Origin: Psammoneis japonica
Lineage: Eukaryota
Assembly (NCBI GenBank): GCA_008632985.1
Contig: QPGO01000008.1
Span: 166,979-230,978 of the forward strand
Direction of reading: 5' to 3'
DNA: 64,000 bases
Both the position numbers and the translations under genes were made by a program. The notes under the pieces are model-generated. The model made no database searches. It was not told the origin of the DNA and saw nothing but the letters and a program-made list of their open reading frames with translations. Shown in pieces: positions 1 to 12,767 of the stretch (its first letter is position 1; every line of letters begins with the position of its first letter).

Positions 1-1620
1 GTCGTCACACACAGGTCATTTTGGGCCTGCTGTTGCTTCTTGCTTGGTGCACTCTGTCGCTCAATGAGCATCTTCAAATTTTCAGCAATGCTCCATGTGG
101 CACCTCTGCCAAATGTCAGGACAATGCTGGCATGATTCTGCTCTGCCAGAACAGAACCACCAAGCTCAAGATTGCCGGCTGGCTGCTTCAGACAGCACCC
201 CGCACAGTGTTCTGGCTCAGAGAAAATGTCTCGCAGAATGCAGGTTTTCTGAGCATCATCAGCAACATGCACTTTGGCCTCATTGAATGCATGGGCCCAT
301 TCTTCCTCTGTGCTGCACTGCAGCATTATCCGGAGGCAGTCCTTCATCTTTTCACAACAGAAAATGCCAAAATTGTCAGGGTTCGGCCAAACTTCATTGA
401 AAGTGTGGTGAAAATCACACCGCAGCACAATGTCAAGGTCATTGCCCAGGCTTTCGACAAAGCCACTAGTTGGGTGCTGGTCAGCAAAGATGATCCTGAC
501 ATCTGAGATTTGCCACTTGTTTTCCATGATGCTTTCCATGGACTCAAGAACAAAATGATGGTGCTTGTGATCCTCCTCCAGGCAGAGGCCTTCTGCAACA
601 GCACGAGGTTTCATCTCAGAGTCCTTCACTGCCGGACCAATGTATGGCCAACCAGCCTTGTTGCACTGTCGCTTCTGAGCATCTAGGTGGAGTGCATCAC
701 CGTGCCTCTTGAGGTCACGTTTCATTTCAAGGGTCATGTGGCAAACTGCTTCTGGTCTGCCATTGTCATCACGCATCAATCGGAAGTCAAATCCATGGTT
801 TGATTCTTTCATGGCTTCAAGAAAATGAAGTGCATTCCAAGTGGATGAGTCCTCCTGCATCACACGTCGAAGCATGGCACGTAGATTCTTTCGAGCAATG
901 GTTGAGTCACTGATGATGAATTCATCAGCTGCACTCTTTCGGCATTTCTTTGCAAGGTTTTCTGCAAACTGAGCTGTGACCTGACGCTCCTGGGGGTCTG
1001 CATTGATCAACCATGTTTGGACACGACGCTTGAAATTTTTTATGAAGGTTGCATCCATTGAGGCATAGACTGGCATGTGCTTCTGCAACAATGGCCGCAG
1101 TTCCCTGGGCTCCACTGATGGATTTGACTCAATCCGATCAATCACTGACTCAAGACAAGCAAGATTTGGTTGGAGGTTGCCACTGGTCTCTTTTGCCTTG
1201 CGGTGGAAAACCGTGTTGAGGTCATGAGAATGGTGGCAGTTTGCTGCGGCAATCTTCACAAGGTGAAAAATGCCTGGTTTTGTCGCACCCAATTGAGGGT
1301 CAACTCGCTTGTTGACAAGAGAGCACCGAATCACAAATGGACATTTGCGCTGCTCTTTCATGGACTGCTTCTGGCACCTGCGGCTGCCACTGCCTTGCAA
1401 TTGATCCAAAGGCTTTCTTTTTTTCTCTTTGCATGCATCTGACTTGGTGTCACTGAAGTGACAAACAATTTGCTTCCCATCATGAACACAAGAAATAGCC
1501 CACATGTCAAGAAACTTGATGGCAGCTTGGTGCAACTGCTTGTAGCTAGCAAAGTGACGACCAACAGGAAACACAAGCTTGCACTTTGTCTTGAAAGAAT
1601 CTAGAGATCGTTGGTTCTCA
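1..1620 (-). pseudogene. Mutator/MULE-type DDE transposase relic (runs off the window start; right boundary approximate)
   Basis: Manual translation of the minus strand around 720-380 gives RHGDALHLDAQKRQCNKAGWPYIGPAVKD...VAEGLC...VRIIFADQ...LRCDFHH. This matches the MULE core (first D, second D, C/DxxH), with expected Tyr replaced by His/Cys. Confidence 0.7.
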
Positions 1621-4600
1621 TTGGCATTGGAGATGTCTTCTTCTGTGGGAGCAAGTTTAACAATCTCTTGTGCAAGATCCTCAGTTGGCCAGTTCTTCTT
1701 GAGAAGTTCCTTGCTCTGCTCTTTGAGAGGGTGTGCTTCAGAATGATCCCCACAATTGTTCACAAATGAAGGCATTGAGACCTTTTTAAGAGAGGGAGGG
1801 GGTGGAAGCACTGGTTGAGAGGAGGTAAACTGAGCAGAGTCAGTTGCACCACTGTCATCTCCATGTGCATCAGAAATTGCATTGTCATTGTTTTCCAACA
1901 GCTCTTGCTGGGAGCTTGATGAATCATTGTCATCACTTTTGTCTGCCTCATGATCTGAGGACAAAAGGACAGATGAACCTTCACTGGTGTTTGACATCAT
2001 GTGTGAAACGACAAGTTGACAACAAACAAGTGCAAGCCACAACTGTGTGCACTGCGGTGCATGTGTTGTTTGTTGTTGGCTCACCAAAAATCCTGGCGCG
2101 ACAGAGACGTCATGAGTGAACAGCAAGCGTCAAAGTGTGTTTTGTGGCATTCATGAACACAAATTCAAAATGAGATTGTTGCAAGATTCATCTGCCACGT
2201 CATTTTATTTAAAGAAGATTCGTGGTCTGCATTTGGTCAGCGTGCAGTGGTCCATCATGACCAGTTCTGACCTGGGATGAAAACACATCTTCTGCAAAAG
2301 CCAGGACATTTTCAACATCATCTTGATCACCAATGTCAACAAATGAACATTCTCCCATGCCCCACTCCTTAATGTTGGACCTTCAGCGCTTTGCCCCAAA
2401 GTCATCAGAGGAGCAACAACAAATGAAATTGCGCTGTTGACTGCAGCATAAAAAAATGGCCTTGTTGCTAAAATTCCAAGCTGGAGCTGACTCGCCACAA
2501 CCTTTTCACAGTGTCACAAGAGAGATTCATCACACTGCTCTAACTTGGGATTTCAACATGGGCACTGCTGCAAATGACACATTTGCCACATCATCCATTG
2601 TCAGCTGCAGCTGTTGGTGCCACAGATTTTCCTCTAGCCATCCTGCCATTTGTTCATTTTTTCTGGCATGCAGCAAAAAAAGAATTTTCTGTGGGTGGCA
2701 AAAAACCAGCAAAGAATGAGAAAAGTTGAGTTTGGCTGTTCACCAGAGGTGTTGGTGGCTGGCCACAGGGGGGGCACTGCACAAAAGAATGCAGTTGGTG
2801 CTGCTGCAGCAGACACACACGTGCTTTGGTGCAGCAGGAGAGCACTCTCCACATGTGGAGCAAAGGCATGACTTGGGCGGGAGAGCAGCAGCTTGTGTGC
2901 CAGTTTGAAGATCTCAGCAAATTGTGGGTTGTGGATGTGCAACTTGGGGGTGCAGCACCAGGAACAGCAATGGTCCAATTTGGAAAAGAGTCATGCGCAC
3001 AGCTCTGCCCCACCCACACTCCACACTTGTGCCAAGAAGCAGCGGGGGAGAAGAGGGCTGCTCTGGCTGCAACAAACAGCATGTGTGGTGAACATCTTGT
3101 GTGATCCAGAGGCGTGCCAGAGGGGGGGGGAGAGTAAAAAGCAGTGCTCCTGGCTGAGGTTTGTGGATTTTGTCTGTGCATGACAGCATGTGTCAGTGTG
3201 TTGCAGGCTGGCTGGCACACCAAAACTTTGGCTGCATGAAGACAAAGCATGGTTGAGTTTTCCTGGCTGAAATGACACTTTTTTTAAGTGTGGTTGCAAC
3301 ACATTCTCAAGACTTGCAGATTGGCTTTGTTGTGTGGGCTGTGCTCAGCTCACAATGGCCCATGTTCTCTGGAGTGGCTGCAAGTCCAACAAGGATTTGC
3401 TCCTCACTGTGCTTGGAAACAAGTCATTGGCCAATTGTTGCATGCTCCTGCCGCACCCAGTGTGCACTGGGAGAGTGGGTTAGCTTGTTGCCAGAGTTGC
3501 AGGGTGGAAGCGCAGCAGCACTTAAAATTGGACTTTGGGTTTTGTTTTGTGCTCAGAAACAAGTCATCAAGTTTTGCAACACAAATGTCTTGCTGTTCAT
3601 CATCAGACAACAAACATGACAACAAAATCCCCCTGGCAAAACCAAAAGTTGTGTCTTGGCTCCTGTTTGAGCAAGTGGGTGCAACCTGGTTTGGCTTGAG
3701 CATCCCAGCTCCAGCAGCAGTGCAAAAATGCTCAAGAAGTGGCAAAATGAGTGCACATGGGCAGCTGTGCAGAAGAAACCTTTTGTCTGCAGGAATGCAA
3801 CAAGCCACTTCAATCATGAGAAGGAAGACAACAAAGAATTCTGTGACTTCCATTGGGGGGCATTGACTCATCAGAAATGATGAACACTGATTGTGCACCA
3901 GTCATCACTCCAGCCCATGTGTCCTCTCTGCTGGGTGGTCATGCTTGAGTGGCATTGCCATCAAGGAGGAGGTGAGTTGTCTTGTTCCATCATGTCTGAA
4001 AGTGTGTTCAATCCAGCTCCAGCAGCACCAGCTCCTGTGTGCACTTGAGCACCAGCTCCAGCAGGTAAAACACTTTCAGATGTTCACACATTCCTGTGCA
4101 GTTTTGGCAGTGCTGGCCAAATTTTCAGCCGGCGCCAGAGCTTGCACTTTCTGTGTTCTTTCTGCAATGAAGTGTGTTTGTGCATTCATGAAAAAACATT
4201 GACAATGCTCACTTTCATCACTGGATGATGTGTGCTGGCATGAGTGCATCAGAAAAAGACCTCCACAGCTTGCAGCCACTCAAACAGTGACAAGAATGAT
4301 GATGACAACAACGACAACTCAACAACAATGTCATCATCCAACTGACAGCAGCAACCAGAGCAATGTGATGCACTGCTCCATTTGCTGTTGTTGTTGTTGC
4401 TTTCATTTTCATTTTTCTTGTTCTTGTTGCAGGAGCTTCTTTGTCTGCATTTGAAAAAACACTTGGGTCTTTTGCTGCCTTGGCTGTGGCTGTTTTGCTC
4501 TGGACTGCCTTTCTCAGCATCTGCTGCCATCTCTTTTGCTGCTGTGTGTTGTCTCATCACTGTTGTTTCTTTGGCTGATGCACTGTCTTCACTGCTCTCT

Positions 4601-7600
4601 CACAAGCCAAGCATGACTTGCCTGGCATTTCCATGTCAAATGATGGGCAGGTCATTGAACAAGAAGCCAAAAAGCGTTGGGGTCTCAAACTGAGAAAACA
4701 GCTGAGGAAATGGAAAGAAACAGGAGAGCATCAAAGAGAGATGCTGACCAAGTTTTCAAGGTGGCACAAGTGCTTGAAAAGGCAGAAGAAGAACTTGAAG
4801 ACCATCCTGTGGCAGACAACAACAAAACTGAAAAACAAGAGACTCCTCATTTTGTGCTTGGATGGTTGTTGGCAACTGCAACAAGCACCACTTGTGGGAG
4901 CAAGCAGCTTCTTGCAACTTCAAGAGCAGACACACAGACATGTGTTTCAGGCTTTCAAGCATCTAAAGCCTGGCCAAACATGTGCAAGTTGCCACAAGAG
5001 AAGTGTGTTGCATGGCTCTCTCTGGTGTGCTTTTTGCAGCACTTGATGTTTCACATTGTGGCTGCTTGCTTGCAGTGGGTGTGACAAGTTTTTTGCCCAA
5101 GAAGGCAGTGCTGGTTGATCCAAATGTCCCTGTAAAATGTGGCACATTGTGGCAGAAGGCAAAACTTGCATTCTTGCCACAAACTGCAATGCACCCCCAA
5201 TCTGCAGCAATGTTTGTGACAATTTTGTCAATCCCAAAGTGCTGCACATGGACATTGTGACCAAACACATTTTCCAGGTCTTGCTTGTGTTGCGCGCATT
5301 TCTTCATTTTGCAGCTGGCTTCTTGACCAGCATGTTTGACATCAACATCAGTGCCAAATGTCTTTTAGGTCTTTGCAATGTGCCAAGGCTTTGTGAAACT
5401 CTGTTCATTCAATGTGTTGCTCTCATCAAGAGCCACTCTGTGTGCACCAATTTGCTTGCACCTCAGTTTCCTCCACTCCCCAACAATTTTTTGGATTGCA
5501 TCTCTTTTTGGTTGTGTGCTTGGCACAGGCTCTGGCGCCATCAACCTTGCCCTCACCATGCCCTGGAGGAGCACCAGTGGCATTGCATGACAAAAAACAA
5601 CTTGCGTGTTCACAGCACAAAACCCACACTGAGACAGCAAGTGCAGCACCAGAAAAGTGTGAAATTGCTTGGCACAAAACCATCTGTGGCTCTGTGGCTT
5701 CACATTGTTGCACACACTTGCCACAACCCATGATCACTGGGGTGCTCAATCAGGCAAAAACTTTTTCAAGCAAGCAAGCATGGCAATGCAGTCTTGGTGA
5801 GATTGAGATCAGAGAGACTGCCATGATGGGCTTCTTCAACTGTGCTGTCAATGATGACCTTGCACACTCATCCTTTTTGATGATCAACATGGCTCACCAG
5901 CTGTTGCCATGATGACTGCCTTGAGTTTGATGTTTGAACTTGGGTGCCAAATGTTCAGAACAATCTGTGAACATGAGCACACCAGCACCAGAATTGTCGT
6001 GAGCCTTGTGCTGCACATCTTCATGCCATGACTCTTTCCAAAAACAATGGTTTGCAGTGAGGCAAATGGCAGCACAACTTTTCCAATGCTGGGACACAAC
6101 AGTCTTGAGCAAACACTCCCACACCAGGTTTTTGAACTCATTTGAGCCATTTGCGGGTTTTCAGCTTTGCGTCTTTGTGTGCATTTTGTGAGACCCACAT
6201 CTGTTGCCCTGTGGTGTTTTGGACAGAGTTGCGTGACAACACATGTTGTCAGAGCATTGTGGTGGGAGCTTGGAAACTGGCCCATCATTCCAGCATTGGC
6301 ATTGCATGGGAGGGGGTCAATTGTTGCACTCACCTGGCATGTGTGTCTGATGCAGAAACTCTTGATTTGCAACACGTTGGCACAAATGACAGCAGCTGCT
6401 GCATTTCTGCAATGAGGATGAAGGCTCACACTGTTTTGTTGAATGCCTCTGCTTTGTCCTGAGCAATGGTTGCACCCAAAAGGCCCAGCTTGTGCTTTCA
6501 ACAGTTGCAGTGACCCTGTTTTTTGCTGACAACAGCAACCAGCTGGTGCTGCACCAAGATTTTCAAGTTGGTGTAAAGAGTGTGTTGACATCAAAGCACC
6601 TTTGATGGTTCATGCAAAAATTTGCACTGGTGCACAAACATCACAGTTGTGCACGATGCTGTGCCAACTGTTGTTTTGTCTCAGGGCACTTTGCAGGAAC
6701 CATTCACCAAAGAAGAGCTGGTGTTGCCAACTCTCCTTTTTCTTTTGCTTTCTTGCACTCTTGCAAATTCAAAATGCACTGCTGGCTTTGACTGGTTCTC
6801 CAACACATCTTCATTGCTCATGCATGGTGGATTTGTTGCACAACCACTGGCTTGCCCTGTGCTTGCTTCCATCAGCGTGTTGACTGGCGCCGCACCTTTC
6901 TGTGATTTGGCGACATTGCTGTGGTGCACATGTGACAAAAGCCACTTGCATGACTTCCTCAGACACTTTTTCAGGATGGCAACAACATTTCATCAAACAC
7001 CAAAAACACCCTCTTTCTTCTCAGACAGAAGTGCTCTCCATTTCTGCTTGCAACATTTCACGTGTTGGTGCCAAGGGTTTTTTTTTTTCAAAATCACTCC
7101 AAAGAATGATGCTGAATGGCCGTGCATGATGCAAAAGCTTTGGCTGACCTCTGGGTTGTTGGGACAGTTGGAGAGCCCAGTTGCCAGCACTGCTTTGTTG
7201 CCAAGCCATGCTCATCACCAGCCACCACCAGACCATTTGCAACAAACTTTCTGGCTCAGCCAAGCACTTTGCCAGCTGTTGCTCAACAGCGCAGAAGCTC
7301 TCAGCTGAGAGCAGAGTTGATCACCATCAGCTGCTTTTTGAAAAGCACAAATTTGCCACTGTGACATGGCAGCGTGCTCAAACACACTTTGAGCATGGCT
7401 GGATGCTGCTGGCATTGTTTGCGAGGGTGCTGCAATCAAGAAGAGAGGCTGTGCTTCACTGGGAGTGTGCGAAATGAATGCAGCTGCTGTCAGCTGCAAT
7501 GGCATGGCTGCCATGCCAGCCATGGCTGAGGTTGGGCACAATCATGTGGGTCATGTGAAACATTTGGCTGTGACAACAAAAACGCAGGGAAGAAAGTGGA

Positions 7601-7870
7601 AAGAGAGCCCTGCTGGCTGGAAGAAGATGCGCCCCTCCTGACAGCCAGTGCAACATGTTGTGGCAGAAACAATGAGGGCAACGCCACATGGAAAAAAACC
7701 AGACTTGTGAAAACTGGTCTGTGTCAGTCATTTTCCAATGCCAGTCATGATTGCAGCGCAGCGCTTGTCCATGCGGACTCAAGGCACACACACACACAAC
7801 ACACACATCTTGTTTTGTGTCTGCACGTGTTTCCTGCTGGTGCTGTTGCTCACACACGCCACAAAAATAA
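1..7870. mobile_element. Block of decayed, mostly unclassifiable transposon-derived DNA, depleted in CpG and TpA
   Basis: TA and CG are rare and TG/CA abundant. Many overlapping Cys/His/Gln-rich, Tyr-poor ORFs occur in all frames. Composition switches abruptly near 7.9 kb. A recognisable MULE relic sits at the left end. Confidence 0.8.
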
Positions 7871-8415
7871 TGTCAGTTATTTTGTGTATGCATTCACGAT
7901 GAAAACCATTTTTTAGTGATTAATCAGGTAACCGTCGACGGTTGCGCGCCGGACCGTTGTGACACGACAAAGTGTTACACCAGTAATGTATCATACATAC
8001 TGTACGACAAAGCCTTTAGGTAGCGATAATTGGCGATCCAATGCCAACGGACAACTGACCCGCCTGCTCGACATGTATGTACAGTAGGCGTAGGATGTAT
8101 TGCACTGGCCGACATGTAGGTGCAGTACGTACTGTAGATACAAGATGACCGTATAATAGGTATCCTAGATCAGATGATCATCGCAGAGATTCATTTTTTT
8201 TCTCTCTCATTTTTTGCAACAATAGAGGAGTAGTAGGTACGGTGGATCGGACGAAGTTGCAGCATTTCAGTTTCTTCATCCACTTGGTGCTGGGAGGCGG
8301 CAGATACGGTATCCACTTTTGGAAAGCTACTAAAGAAGCGAAGAACACGTAAAGAACCCAGCGCCAAAGACTGCAGCAAGAGCTCGCGAAGCTTGAAAAG
8401 CAGGATAGCGCCATC

Positions 8416-11400
8416 ATGCAAACTCATGCTAATGGACTTCGCAGCCGAGACCTGCAAAAGCAAAACAGTTCTAAGAAACACGGAAAGAGCGACCCGAACA
8501 TATGCGGCACCTGTGGTATCACAACCCACAGGGGCTCCAAATTTTCAAGGGTGGAACTCAAGAACGAAAATGTTCATTATGGTGTTTGTATCAAGTGCAA
8601 TCTCGACAAGGTTCCTCCGTCAATTGCCAAGCAGTACAAGGAAACAGAAAGAAAATCCAACGATACACCAGCTAAGTCAGTTTCTCTCGCAGAAAAGTCG
8701 TCTGGCGGAACCACCGTTGCCTCGAGCAGTTCTCGCAGCATGACTTCCAGCCAGCGAAGTATGAACGAGGAGGAGAAGTCAAACCACTGCCTCTCATGTG
8801 GTATTCGTACACACAGGGGACCCAAGTTTGCCCGAATCGATGTGAAGAACGTCGATGTTCACTACGGCATCTGCATCAAGTGCAACCCCCAGAACGTACC
8901 TCCTTCTGCTCTCAAGGCTTATCAAGAAAAGACATCAGGTGGATCCACGGCGGCACCTACAGCGAAGACATCCAAGATAGCTGCCGATGCTACCGCAGCG
9001 ACGGCTGCTGCTGCGGGCAAGGTGGCAACTGGAAGCTCACGTAATCTCCCTGTCATGCCACTCAGTCTGGAGAAGGAGCTTGTCCAAGAACTGAGCGTGT
9101 CGTGGTCACAGGCACGCGAGTACGTGGTGAAAGCGAAAGCGGACATGAGTGTTGGAGCCACGGATCCAGTAGATAGTGATCTGCAAGCGGAGCTTAAGGC
9201 CAAGGCGAAGGAGTACCACGCCAAGAATCCCAACCCAAAGCCCCTCACTGCAAGCTCACGAAAGCTAGTGAGCGATGCTGTAGTAGAGACCGCCAAGGCC
9301 TCGGCAACGGCTGCGGGCAAGGCGGCAAGCTCACGTAGTCTCCCTGTCATGCCACTCAGTCTGGAGATTGAGCTTGTCGAAGAACTGGGAGTGTCGTTGT
9401 CACAGGCACGCGAGTACGTGGTGAAAGCGAAAGCGGACATGAGCATTGGAGCCACGGATCCCGTAGATAGTAATCTGCAAGTGGAGCTCAAGGCCAAGGC
9501 CAAGGAGTACCACGTCAAGAATCCCAACCCAACGCACGTCACTGCAAGCTCACGAAAGTTAGTGAGCGATGCCGTAGTAGAGACCACCAAGGCCTCGGCA
9601 ACGGCTGCTGCTGTGGGCAAGTCGGCAAGTGCAAGCTCACGTTATCTCCATGTCATGCCTCTCACGCTGGAGATTGAGCTTGTCCAAGAACTAGGCGTGT
9701 CGTTGTCACAGGCACGGGAGTACGTGGTGCAAGCAAAAGCGGACATGAGTATTGGATCCACGGATCCCGTGGATAGTGATCTGCAAGCGGAGCTCAAGGC
9801 CAAGGCCAAGAAGTACCACGTTAAGAATCCCAACCCAAAGCCCCTCACTGCAAGCTCACGAAAGCTAGTGAACGATGCTGTAGTAGAGACCACCAAGGCT
9901 TCGGCAACGGCTGCTGCTGTGGGCAAGGCGGCAAGTGCAAGCTCACGTAATCTCCCTGTCATGCCTCTCACGCTGGAGATTGAGCTTGTCCAAGAATTGG
10001 GCGTGTCGTTGTCACAGGCACGCGAGTACGTGGTGAAAGCGAAAGCGGACATGAGTATTGGATCCACCGATCCCGTTGATAGTGATCTGCAAGCGGAGCT
10101 CAAGGCCAAGGCCAAGGAGTACCACATTAAGAATCCCAACCCAAAGCCCCTCACTGCAAGCTCGCGAAAGCTAGTGAGCGATGCTGTAGTAGAGACCACC
10201 AAGGCCTCGGCAACGGCTGCTGCTTTAGGCAAGGTGGCAAGTGCAAGCTCACGTAATCTCCCTGTCATGCCTCTCACGCTGGAGATTGAGCTTGTCCAAG
10301 AACTAGGCGTGTCGTTGTCACAGGCACGCGAGTACGTGGTGAAAGCAAAAGCGGACATGAGTATTGGATCCACCGATCCCGTGGATAGTGATCTGCAAGC
10401 GGAGCTCAAGGCCATGGCTGAGGAGTACCACGCCATGAATCCCAACCCAAAGCCCCTCACTGCAAGCTCGCGAAAGCTAGTGAGCGATGCTGTAGTAGAG
10501 ACCACCAAGGCCTCGGCAACGGCTGCTGCTTTAGGCAAGGTGGCAAGTGCAAGCTCACGCAACCTCCCTGTCATGCCTCTCACGCTGGAGATTGAGCTTG
10601 TCCAAGAACTGGGCGTGTCGTTGTCACAGGCACGCGAGTACGTGGTGAAAGCGAAAGCGGACATGGGGCTTGGAGCTACGGATCCCGTTGATAGTGATCT
10701 GCAAGCGGAGCTCAAGGCCAATGCCAAGGAGTACCACACCATGAATCCTAACCCAAAGCCCCTCACTGCAAGCTCAAGAAAGCTTGTGAGCGATGCTGTA
10801 GCAGAGTCTACCAAGGCCTCGGCAACGGCTTCTGCTTTGGGCAAGGCGGCAAGTGGAAGCTCACGTAATCTCCCTGTCATGCCTCTCACGCTGGAGATTG
10901 AGCTTGTCCAAGAACTGGGCGTGTCGTTGTCACAGGCACGCGAGTACGTGGTGAAAGCGAAAGCGGACATGGGGCTTGGAGCTACGGATCCCGTTGATAG
11001 TGATCTGCAAGCGGAGCTCAAGGCCAATGCCAAGGAGTACCACACCATGAATCCTAACCCAAAGCCCCTCACAGCAAGCTCAAGAAAGCTTGTGAGCGAT
11101 GCTGTAGCAGAGTCCACCAAGGCCTCGGCAACGGCTTCTGCTTTGGGCAAGGCGGCAAGTGGAAGCTCACGTTATCTCCCTGTCATGCCTCTCACGCTGG
11201 AGTTTGAGCTTGTCCAAGAACTGGGCGTGTCGTTGTCACAGGCACGCGAGTACGTGGTGAAAGCGAAAGCGGACATGGGGCTTGGAGCTACGGATCCCGT
11301 TGATAGTGATCTGCAAGCGGAGCTCAAGGCCAATGCCAAGGAGTGCCACACCATGAATCCTAACCCAAAGCCCCTCACTGCAAGCTCAAGAAAGCTTGTG

Positions 11401-12582
11401 AGCGATGCTGTAGCAGAGTCCACCAAGGCCTCGGCAACGGCTTCTGCTTTGGGCAAGGCGGCAAGTGGAAGCTCACGTAATCTCCCTGTCATGCCTCTCA
11501 CGCTGGAGATTGAGCTTGTCCAAGAACTGGGCGTGTCGTTGTCACAGGCACGCGAGTACGTGGTGAAAGCGAAAGTGGACATGGGGCTTGGAGCTACGGA
11601 TCCCGTTGATAGTGATCTGCAAGCGGAGCTCAAGGCCAATGCCAAGGAGTACCACACCATGAATCCTAACCCAAAGCCCCTCACTGCAAGCTCAAGAAAG
11701 CTTGTGAGCGATGCTGTAGCAGAGTCCACCAATGCCTCGGCAACGGCTTCTGCTTTGGGCAAGGCGGCAAGTGGAAGCTCACGTTATCTCCCTGTCATGC
11801 CTCTCACGCTAGAGATTGAGCTTGTCCAAGAACTGGGCGTGTCGTTGTCACAGGCACGCGAGTACGTGGTGAAAGCGAAAGCGGACATGAGTATTGGAGC
11901 CACGGATCCCGTAGATAGTGATTTGCAAGCGGAGCTTAAGGCCAAGGCCAAGGAGTACCACGCCATGAATCCCAACCCGAAGCCCCTCACTGCAAGCTCA
12001 CGAAAGCTTGTGAGCGATGCTGTAGCAGAGACGACCAAGGCCTCGCCCGTCGTTGCTACAGCTGGTGCTGCCGCTGTAGGCACTGCGGCTGGTCTTACTG
12101 CGGCCAGTGCAATGAAGAAGGAATCGAGCGCCAAATCTCGCAACGTGAGACCAAAAGCGAATAGCATCGGAGTGTCTGCCGTTGCTAGCGAGTCTTTTCA
12201 AAAGAATGACATACACAACGGCATGAGCATTGAATGTCATCCTGATCTCGTCCCAGAGTCAGGGTATGAATCTTTGGACGAAGGCAAGAAGCCTGATATC
12301 GAAAGAAACACTGAATTCTTGGCCAAGAGCTTAGATGTCCCAGAAAATGTGAAGGAGTGGCTGTCGGAAAGGCTTAGCAAAGAAGATCTAACCCTAGTGA
12401 TGTTGGCTGGAACATCTGGACAGCGTTTTCGTACGTACATGCACGACAGACATAGTTCCAGGACCAGTCGCCGTACGAGCAGCCTTCGAAAAGAAGCTGT
12501 TGATGTCGAGATTCTGAAAGCTGAAATGAGGAAAATGAGGGAAGAAATGAAGAGTATCAAAGCTAGGATGGACGCTGCCTAG
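8416..12582 (+). CDS. 1388-aa unknown protein: two N-terminal CxxC-x4-H...CxxC motifs, ten ~102-aa tandem repeats and a C-terminal coiled coil
   Basis: Uninterrupted 4.2-kb ATG-started ORF with normal CpG/TpA content. Motifs CGTCGITTH...GVCIKC and CLSCGIRTH...GICIKC; C-terminus ILKAEMRKMREEMKSIKARMD. Confidence 0.85.
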   Translation: MQTHANGLRSRDLQKQNSSKKHGKSDPNICGTCGITTHRGSKFSRVELKNENVHYGVCIKCNLDKVPPSIAKQYKETERKSNDTPAKSVSLAEKSSGGTTVASSSSRSMTSSQRSMNEEEKSNHCLSCGIRTHRGPKFARIDVKNVDVHYGICIKCNPQNVPPSALKAYQEKTSGGSTAAPTAKTSKIAADATAATAAAAGKVATGSSRNLPVMPLSLEKELVQELSVSWSQAREYVVKAKADMSVGATDPVDSDLQAELKAKAKEYHAKNPNPKPLTASSRKLVSDAVVETAKASATAAGKAASSRSLPVMPLSLEIELVEELGVSLSQAREYVVKAKADMSIGATDPVDSNLQVELKAKAKEYHVKNPNPTHVTASSRKLVSDAVVETTKASATAAAVGKSASASSRYLHVMPLTLEIELVQELGVSLSQAREYVVQAKADMSIGSTDPVDSDLQAELKAKAKKYHVKNPNPKPLTASSRKLVNDAVVETTKASATAAAVGKAASASSRNLPVMPLTLEIELVQELGVSLSQAREYVVKAKADMSIGSTDPVDSDLQAELKAKAKEYHIKNPNPKPLTASSRKLVSDAVVETTKASATAAALGKVASASSRNLPVMPLTLEIELVQELGVSLSQAREYVVKAKADMSIGSTDPVDSDLQAELKAMAEEYHAMNPNPKPLTASSRKLVSDAVVETTKASATAAALGKVASASSRNLPVMPLTLEIELVQELGVSLSQAREYVVKAKADMGLGATDPVDSDLQAELKANAKEYHTMNPNPKPLTASSRKLVSDAVAESTKASATASALGKAASGSSRNLPVMPLTLEIELVQELGVSLSQAREYVVKAKADMGLGATDPVDSDLQAELKANAKEYHTMNPNPKPLTASSRKLVSDAVAESTKASATASALGKAASGSSRYLPVMPLTLEFELVQELGVSLSQAREYVVKAKADMGLGATDPVDSDLQAELKANAKECHTMNPNPKPLTASSRKLVSDAVAESTKASATASALGKAASGSSRNLPVMPLTLEIELVQELGVSLSQAREYVVKAKVDMGLGATDPVDSDLQAELKANAKEYHTMNPNPKPLTASSRKLVSDAVAESTNASATASALGKAASGSSRYLPVMPLTLEIELVQELGVSLSQAREYVVKAKADMSIGATDPVDSDLQAELKAKAKEYHAMNPNPKPLTASSRKLVSDAVAETTKASPVVATAGAAAVGTAAGLTAASAMKKESSAKSRNVRPKANSIGVSAVASESFQKNDIHNGMSIECHPDLVPESGYESLDEGKKPDIERNTEFLAKSLDVPENVKEWLSERLSKEDLTLVMLAGTSGQRFRTYMHDRHSSRTSRRTSSLRKEAVDVEILKAEMRKMREEMKSIKARMDAA
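9055..12045 (+). repeat. Coding tandem array of 10 units, 306 bp each (first unit 294 bp)
   Basis: Unit starts (MPLxLE) at 9055, 9349, 9655, 9961, 10267, 10573, 10879, 11185, 11491 and 11797. Confidence 0.95.
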
Positions 12583-12767
12583 AGATATGGAGATTGCTTG
12601 GTGTTTATCTATAAGTTACAATGCATGTATTACTTTCGCTTTTGATGGGTGAGCACACCTCGCGACGCCTTGTGCATGTAGAGGTATTTGAATAGTAGGA
12701 ATAACATTAAATACGAAAGCCTCATATACGTCATAAACATTTCCCCTATGAAATTTCTCTTCCTGAG

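Noticed and set aside
3120..3900. Possible piggyBac-like relic on the minus strand
   Set aside because: Only a vague resemblance; I found no convincing catalytic motif, TIR or TTAA site.
1..7870. Dozens of overlapping Cys/His-rich ORFs here and in the other TE blocks as real genes
   Set aside because: They occur in all six frames, lack Tyr, and are explained by loss of TAA/TAG codons.
9055..12045. CRISPR-like array
   Set aside because: The units are contiguous, in-frame coding repeats with no unique spacers, in a eukaryotic context.
8922..12167. Long antisense ORFs (e.g. 9642-11150)
   Set aside because: They are shadows of the repetitive sense CDS.
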